Of a DNA stretch of 64,000 nt, positions 56,758-64,000 are shown piece by piece (the first letter of the stretch is position 1; every line of letters begins with the position of its first letter). The stretch covers positions 335,854,001-335,918,000 of the forward strand of contig OZ024741.1 in assembly GCA_964016885.1 (NCBI GenBank), written 5' to 3'. The notes beneath the pieces were generated by a model. It saw nothing but the letters and a program-made list of their open reading frames with translations. It had not been told where the DNA came from and ran no database searches. The position numbers and the translations under genes are program-made. The DNA comes from Eledone cirrhosa. Lineage: Eukaryota.

Positions 56758-57390
56758 GTGGATTGGCACTATCGGTAGAGGGTCGGACGCCATGCTTTCC
56801 AGCATAGTTACGTCCCTTTACGATCTGAGTTCAAATCCCGCCGAGGTTGATTTTGCCTTTCATCCTTACGGGGTCAATAAAATAAAGTACCAGTAATGCA
56901 CTGGGTAATTGCTGGCCTTGTGCCAAAAGTAGAAACAATTATCATTATTATTATTATCAAGAGCATGGTAGAGCATCGGTCAACATGCTTCACAGCATAA
57001 AGTTATGGCTCCTCCCTTTATGGTCTGATTTCAAATTCTGCTCAGGTTAGCTTTGCCTTTCAGTATCGATAAAATAAAGTACCAGTAATGCACTGGGTTT
57101 ATTTTATCGCCCCCCCCCCCCCCCACCCAGATATTGTTGGCCATGTACCTAAATCAGAAATCATTATCAATAATAATGTTATTATTATCATAAGGGTGGG
57201 GGATTGGCAGTATTGGTAGAAGGTCGGACGCCATGCTTTGCAGCATAGAGTTATGGCCCTTTATGGTGTGAGTTCAAATCCCGCGAAGTTTAACTTTGCC
57301 TTTCATCCTTACGGAGTTGATAAAATAAAGTAACAGTAATGCACTGGGTAATTGCTGGCCTTGTGCCAAAAGTAGAAACAATTATTATCA
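56758..57390 (+). mobile_element. head-to-tail array of three SINE family A copies
   Basis: Match to the family A consensus, (TTA)n linkers. Confidence 0.9.
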
Positions 57391-57424
57391 TAATTACTAT
57401 TAATCTTATTTTTATTGTGTCATC

Positions 57425-57625
57425 ACTGCATTTCTAAGCCAAGCTCTCTGCACCATGGATAAGTTTCTGGTGTTATTGCTTCTATTGTATTGAGGGTACA
57501 CTTCAGAATGTGTGCAGTGCCTAGTTGTGCTATATTTTTGTATGCTGTATATATTCGTAAGTCCTGGGGTTTTGGTTATGTATCTGTCTGTGTGGTTTTT
57601 ATCATTCCCAGAGCACCTATTATTA
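57425..57625 (-). mobile_element. R4/Dong-clade 3' remnant
   Basis: Minus strand reads IIGALGMIK...PGLTNIYSIQK..AQLGTAHILKCTL. Confidence 0.7.
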
Positions 57626-58169
57626 TACAGTTTATTATTGTCATTATCCTCATTATCATTTTACACTTACTTTCGATGCTGGCATAGATTGGACAGGGTT
57701 TTATAGTCTGAGAAACTTTTTATTTAGAGTTACTGCCATCATGGATGGGTCACTAACACTAGAGAGGTTGGCCTATTCTTGACAAGTCTTATCGTACATT
57801 GTTTCTGTTTGTTACACACTTTATAGAGTGTACTGGACACATTTTATCATGGTGTAAACACTAGAGAGTCCCCTCCACCCTACATTGTCTTAATATTTTC
57901 CATAGCAAAAGTACTCAAAGATTGTTTGGTGTCCAAACAGTTAAATGAGTAGAGAGTCTGCATATGAATGCGAAGGAAGGAAATAATTATAATTTTAACA
58001 TTTGTTTTTCTGTGCTGGCATCGGTTGAACTGTTCTCTTGTACAGTATATAACCACTTGTTTTGCTACTTTGACATTACATCTGTGAGACCAAAATTTTT
58101 CAGTGTATCTTAAGAACATTTTCCCGATGTCTTCTCCCTCTATTATTACTATCTTTTATTTCCTGCATA

Positions 58170-58371
58170 TATGAGGTTTGGCTGAAAAGTTCATAGCCTG
58201 ACCAAGATACTCTCATGGAATGACCAAATGAGGTTTATTTTTCAATATAATCCCTGGAAAGAAACATTGCAGTTATTAATAAGAAGAGTTGAAATTAATG
58301 CATGCAAGATATCACAGATCTAACATCATTCCTTCATTGTCAGCCTATGAACTTTTCAGTCTACCCTCATA
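58170..58371. mobile_element. mariner-type MITE
   Basis: TIR TATGAGG.....CTGAAAAGTTCATAG.CTGAC at both ends in inverted orientation. Confidence 0.85.
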
Positions 58372-60314
58372 CAGTTCAGTTATTTTTACAGTATTCACTC
58401 TCACCACCAATGTAGTTATCTTCCCTACATAGAACAGATGCTATACAATGGATGCCTAGTCCTTCTTTTAACTCAACATAATTATACTACACTGTACATG
58501 CTAGCTAACATTACATATTAAATGAATCATGCTCATTTCATTTCTCTCTATATATATATTTTGAAAATCTCTCTATTGTTTGAAAATCATCTCTCTCTGA
58601 AGCCCTTGCCTCACTCACATTCTTCTGATATTCTCAATAGAGTCTGCTTTTGTAGTATGAAATAAACTCTTTTTTGATAAAAGAGGGAACATATTTTCTA
58701 TGCTTTCCATACTCCTTCCTATTATACATAGACTGCACTCACAATTCTTGCAGTAATTAGGTTATCCAGGTAACAGAATCTATCAACTACATCAGCCTTT
58801 TTATGGAGTTCATTTCATGCTAATCATTCCTGTTCATCTAGAAATTTAATCTCTTTATCTCTCTCTAATATGAGGTAACAATGTTGGGTGGCTATATTCA
58901 AGATAGACAGAAATTTAATTAGGAATTCTTACTATTTTCTAATGTAATTCAAACAATAAATTCAGTTATAAGTTTTTTAGATTTTAGCGTCAACATTTTA
59001 AATGTTTTAAAGAAATTCCTAATTTCTCAGTTGAAAAGCGTGTTCTAGAAAACATGAGCAGTAGCTTTTAAAAAATGTTAAATTTATGCCTGGTATTGTC
59101 TAATATAGGCTGTTTATGTGTTATTATAGCAAGTCCTGATATATTGAATGATTAAAGTGTAACTTACAGATGAGAAAAGGATAAGATTTTTAAAGATTAA
59201 TACATGATAGAAATCGATCTATTTTCCTTGTTCAAAACTTTGTAGCTTATAATTGACAATAATTTACTGTTAAAATCAAATTTAAACTAAAATCTGAATT
59301 TTAATTTTTTCCTTCTCTTTTTTTTATTTCCATTTTTAATCAGCTGTGTATGTTTGATTTTAATGTATTCGACTCCATGAAATATACTTTGTGGGAATTT
59401 TGTTAGCTGATGGCAAATAGTATGGTTTCTCTTTTAGAATAAAAAAAAAGATGTACAGTTCTATTGATAAAGGATACTTCATAATTTTGGTTTTTTCAAT
59501 AAAAACTTTTCTTTCAGGATTTGAAATTTTAAAATATTTGATTATCTAGATATTACTGAAAAAAGAAAAAAAAAAACAGAAAAAAGCAACAAAAACGATC
59601 TTTCATAACTAGTTATTGACTTAGTCTTATAGATATAGCACTTCAGTAGTTTTCTAAAGTCCATTCTACCAAAAACATACAAGGAATATCTATTAATGTG
59701 CAGATTTAATCAACATATCAAGTTAGTAGCTGTGTTTTACTGTGGAAAATGATTTTTTGTATAGACATTTGAACAAAATGGTGATTATTTTTATTTTTAT
59801 TATTTTCATTTATTATTTATTTTTTACTTTTTAATTTTTTTTCAGAATATTTTTCTGGCTAGAAATCAGATGCAGTAGATTGCAACTAGATACTTTTAAT
59901 ACTTGGTGCTAGCAGAAAAATCAAAATTCAATGGATTGAATATTTATATATTTATTTAAAATTTTGAAATATTAAATCTGTTATATGCTAAAGTTATTTA
60001 ATGAATAAACAAACAAATGACCTAAAAAATGAATCAGGCATTGATCTGTTGTATTTTTTTCACTACTACTTGAACTATTATATATTTCCTCATATAAGAA
60101 TGTAATAATATATGGTGTAGTGATCAATGAGCTGAAATAATAACAAAGTAAAAACAGAGACACTTATGGAACAGGAGTCATTGCCCCATAATATTGATAG
60201 AGAAATAAAATATATTTACTTTGTAGAAAAGTCATTTTAGCCATTTAAAAAAACAGACACAAAATGCCTGTTAATCTTATATATGCATGTTAACTTTATA
60301 TATATATATATATA

Positions 60315-60633
60315 TATCATTTCATTTTACGTTCGCTTTTTCCCAGCTTGCAGGGGTGGGACGGGAACTGATTCTGGCTTGATTTCTACAGCTGCCCTTC
60401 CTAACACCAACCTCATTTACAGTGAGTGCTGGGTGCTATTTTGCCGTGGCACCTACACGTCCACTTTACAGTGGAATGATATGGGCCCCAGTCCCAATCA
60501 TCTCATTTCTACAGCTGAGTAAACTGGAACAATGTGAAATAAAGTGTCTTGCTCAAGGAAACAACACATCGCCCGGTCTGAGAATTGAACTCACAACCTT
60601 TCGATTGCAAGATGACCACTAAGCCATGTGCCT

Positions 60634-60636
<3 letters not shown>
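60315..60636 (-). mobile_element. full-length SINE family B
   Basis: Reverse complement of the 28271 copy, inside (TA)n. Confidence 0.9.
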
Positions 60637-60714
<78 letters not shown>

Positions 60715-60770
60715 TAATATTATATGTGTGTATATATATATAGTGTATATATTTATTAATATTATATATA

Positions 60771-60965
60771 GCATCATCATCATCATCGTTTAATGTCCAT
60801 CTTCCACGCTACCATGGGATGGGCAGTTTTGTTCCACTTGAGGTGAGATTGGTCAGGAGACCATGTCTCGCTTGTACAGAACTGTCCCTGGCAGGTTTTC
60901 TATGGCTGGATGCTCTTCCTAACACCAACCACATTTATAGTGTGGACTGGGAGCCTTTTTACCAT
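60771..60965 (-). mobile_element. RTE 3'UTR fragment with (GAT)n tail
   Basis: Similar to 46000-46200. Confidence 0.8.
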
Positions 60966-60974
60966 GTCTTCATA

Positions 60975-61006
<32 letters not shown>

Positions 61007-61031
61007 CATATACATACATATATATATATAT

Positions 61032-61085
<54 letters not shown>

Positions 61086-61571
61086 GCAACTGAAGTTAGA
61101 ACAAAGTATAAACAACAAACAGATAGTTATGAAACAGTACTGATAGTTGGCTATTGATTCTTTCTCTATCTATGCAGTTTTAAGGTTGTTGGTATTGTGA
61201 AATATTGGGACTGACCATGTTGTGTGGTTTTAGTGTTGGTTGGTGGTATTGTGTGGCATCTTGGACCAACGTCATCTACTGTAGTCATGGATTGACGAAG
61301 GAGCTGTGAGTGAACTTTAGTAGACAGAAACTGTGAGGAGGTCCATGATGGATAACTTAAAGATTTAAACGGTGATCACAAAGAGCCAGTATAAATATCA
61401 CAAAGCATGTTGATCGATGCTCTAACAATTCTGCAAATCTACCAAAGAACACTTCTACTTTATTTAATCACTCCTGAAAGGGTGTATGATATTTGAACTC
61501 AGAGCCTCAGAGAGCTGGAATAAATACCACAAAACATTCTGTCCTAAGCTCTGCCAATTTGGTACCTATAT

Positions 61572-61690
61572 AATTGTTTCTACGTTTGGCACAAGGCCAG
61601 CAATTATCCAGTGCATTACTGGTACTTTATTTTATCGACCCCGTCAGAATGAAAGGCAAAGTTAACCTCGGCGGGATTTGAACTCAGATT
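61572..61690 (-). mobile_element. 5'-truncated SINE family A
   Basis: Match to the family A consensus. Confidence 0.85.
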
Positions 61691-62127
61691 GCTACCTATA
61701 TAATATTGCTTGTAAACATCCCATTTGTGTAGCTGTATGCCTAGAAATACTTTGTCTGCCCTTTTTTGTCTTATTAAAATGGTGAAAGATAATTTAAGGG
61801 TGTTTCAGCTACTATTTCTAGCAAGTGTTGTGACCACAGAGAGACTCTCTAGGTGTCTCATATTTCATGCATTTGTTGTTGTTTGTGGTGTATGTACTTG
61901 CATGTGTATGTGTCTGTCTGTGTATGTTTATGTATGTGTGTCTGTGATTATACGAATATGTATATGTTTATGTGTGTCTCATGTTTTACTTTAAAAAATA
62001 ACAGAAGAGACATGGATTCTGTCAGATTAAATGATACAAATTATTTTCTATTTTCTATTTTGTAAAAGTATACATGCTGTGGTTGATACACACACACATA
62101 CACATTTATATACACATACACACACAC

Positions 62128-62181
<54 letters not shown>

Positions 62182-62543
62182 TGGCTGCCAACTCGTTTTC
62201 GAGTACGGCCAGTACTTTATATCCATGTAGGAGAACCCCTACCGATGCGCTGAACGAGTGTGGCTTTTTAGTCCAGCCAGCGACTTGAAAACTCTGGTAC
62301 AAACACTACAGTTGTGACAATTATTGACACATAGTGCCGGGCCCATGGTACCATGTGACGACAAGTGCAGAGAGATCTCCAGATATAAAGCAATGCCTGT
62401 GCCGTGAAGCTTTTATAGTGAGCAAAGGCACTGCACAAAGCCAGGCCCACTCTCTTAACCAAGATATATATATATATAGATATATATACGCACACACACC
62501 CATATATATATATATAAATATGTATATATATACATATTTATAC

Positions 62544-62644
<101 letters not shown>

Positions 62645-62704
62645 TATATACACATATACACACACATATATATATATATATATTTATATATATACACACA
62701 CATA

Positions 62705-63493
62705 TCTGTATATATTTAAAATTAAGTATGTGTGTGTTTCTGTATTATCTATAAGGGCCTACATCTTACGACCGATTTTCATGAAACTTTACAAGCTCAT
62801 AGTCATCGGGGAGTGTTTTCTATATATCAGCGTATCGTTTTTTTTTTTATTCCGGGGTCATTCTGCAGATAAAAATCGATAGGGGTGTCACCTTTTTTTA
62901 GGTATCGAAAAAATAACTTTTGGGCTCTAGCTCCCACATTTTGCCACCGATTTTGTTCAAATTTTAAAGCCAAATAGAATTTATCATTGCACATCCTGTA
63001 ATGGCTTTATATTTTGGATATATTAAGTGGTAACCGCTTAAATATTCAAAAACACCACTTTTAGACTCAAATTTCCACTTTTTCGGCTCTAGCTCCCACA
63101 TTAATCAACCTACTTTGTTCAAATTTTACACTACGCTAGATCTGATTATTTCACGTCTTAAAGTGGCTTTACATTTTAGATTTTTTGTTCAGGAACGGCG
63201 TGGAAGACGCTTAAATATTCGAAAATACCACCTTTTTGCTCAAATTTTCGCCTTTTCGGCTCTAGCTTCCACATTTTTCAACCGATTTCGTTCAAATTTG
63301 AAACTCCCTCTCCCAGCATGCCCCTTCGTCAGTCACTCGCGTTCCTCAGTGATAGAAGTCATCACCACCATCCCCCGCATGGCCTGTGTGTGGCCATAGA
63401 TGAGTCATCGAGAAGCAGTCGCTAAGATCAACACCTTTTCATCAAAGCAGATATTATTTTACCTACCCAGGCAACGCTGGGTACTGCTGCTAG
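62705..63493 (+). mobile_element. non-autonomous Helitron
   Basis: A|TC 5' end (TCTGTATATATTTAAAA), subterminal hairpin TACCCAG-gcaacg-CTGGGTA, CTAG|T 3' end, internal repeats of gctctagctcccacatt...accgattttgttcaaattt. Confidence 0.88.
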
Positions 63494-64000
63494 TATATTA
63501 GTAAATTCATTAAGGACATGATATTAATTCTTAATTCACTGTGCTGTGATCAAATCTGTAAACATCACATACAAGTATATTTCACTTAAATTGTAGAGAA
63601 GCTGCCAAACGTGTTATGTCTATCTAGATAGTAACAACAAATATATATAGAGAGAGAGAGAAAGGGGGGAAGGGGAAGAAGAAAAATGACAGAGATATGA
63701 AGAAAGGGACAGAGAGATAGAGCGAGTCAACAGCCAACTATCAATACTGTCTCACAATTATTTGTATTTTACTTTGTTCTGACTAATTCTGGTTTTCTGT
63801 TTGTGGGTTCGTGTCGCATGTACGTCAATACTCATCCTTTTTTCCATTCAGAGGGTTTTTAAAATCCTAACTAACAGACTAATTCTATTTAGTTAAATAT
63901 GGCGTAAGCACACATTACTACCTTAATTTTCAATTTCAGTAGCTATTTGTAAAACAATGCCTACTTTGTGTCTCCCTATTTATATACATATATATATATA

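Overview
This is AT-rich, repeat-saturated eukaryotic DNA. The intronless six-cadherin exon, the SINE/RTE complement and the dense (TA)n/(CAT)n tracts point to a coleoid cephalopod, most likely Octopus (inference). Only one convincing host coding region is present: the large ectodomain exon of a protocadherin (38558-40963, +), ending at a GTAAGT donor. The window opens with a >9.4 kb 19-bp satellite. The rest is microsatellites, three tRNA-derived SINE families, a 5'-truncated RTE LINE plus fragments, R4/Dong-, Tx1- and NeSL-like remnants, two Tc1/mariner-type MITEs and a non-autonomous Helitron. The most interesting signal is absent from the ORF track: a cluster of Penelope-like (PLE) pieces at 48.7-54.1 kb, mostly fold-back, carrying six hammerhead-ribozyme motifs. 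It includes a 150-bp near-perfect palindrome with one hammerhead on each strand, and a PLE with a GIY-YIG remnant between ~570-bp inverted repeats. All lie in what is probably the protocadherin intron. Nearly all other ORFs in the track are repeat artefacts. All calls are by eye; no searches were run.
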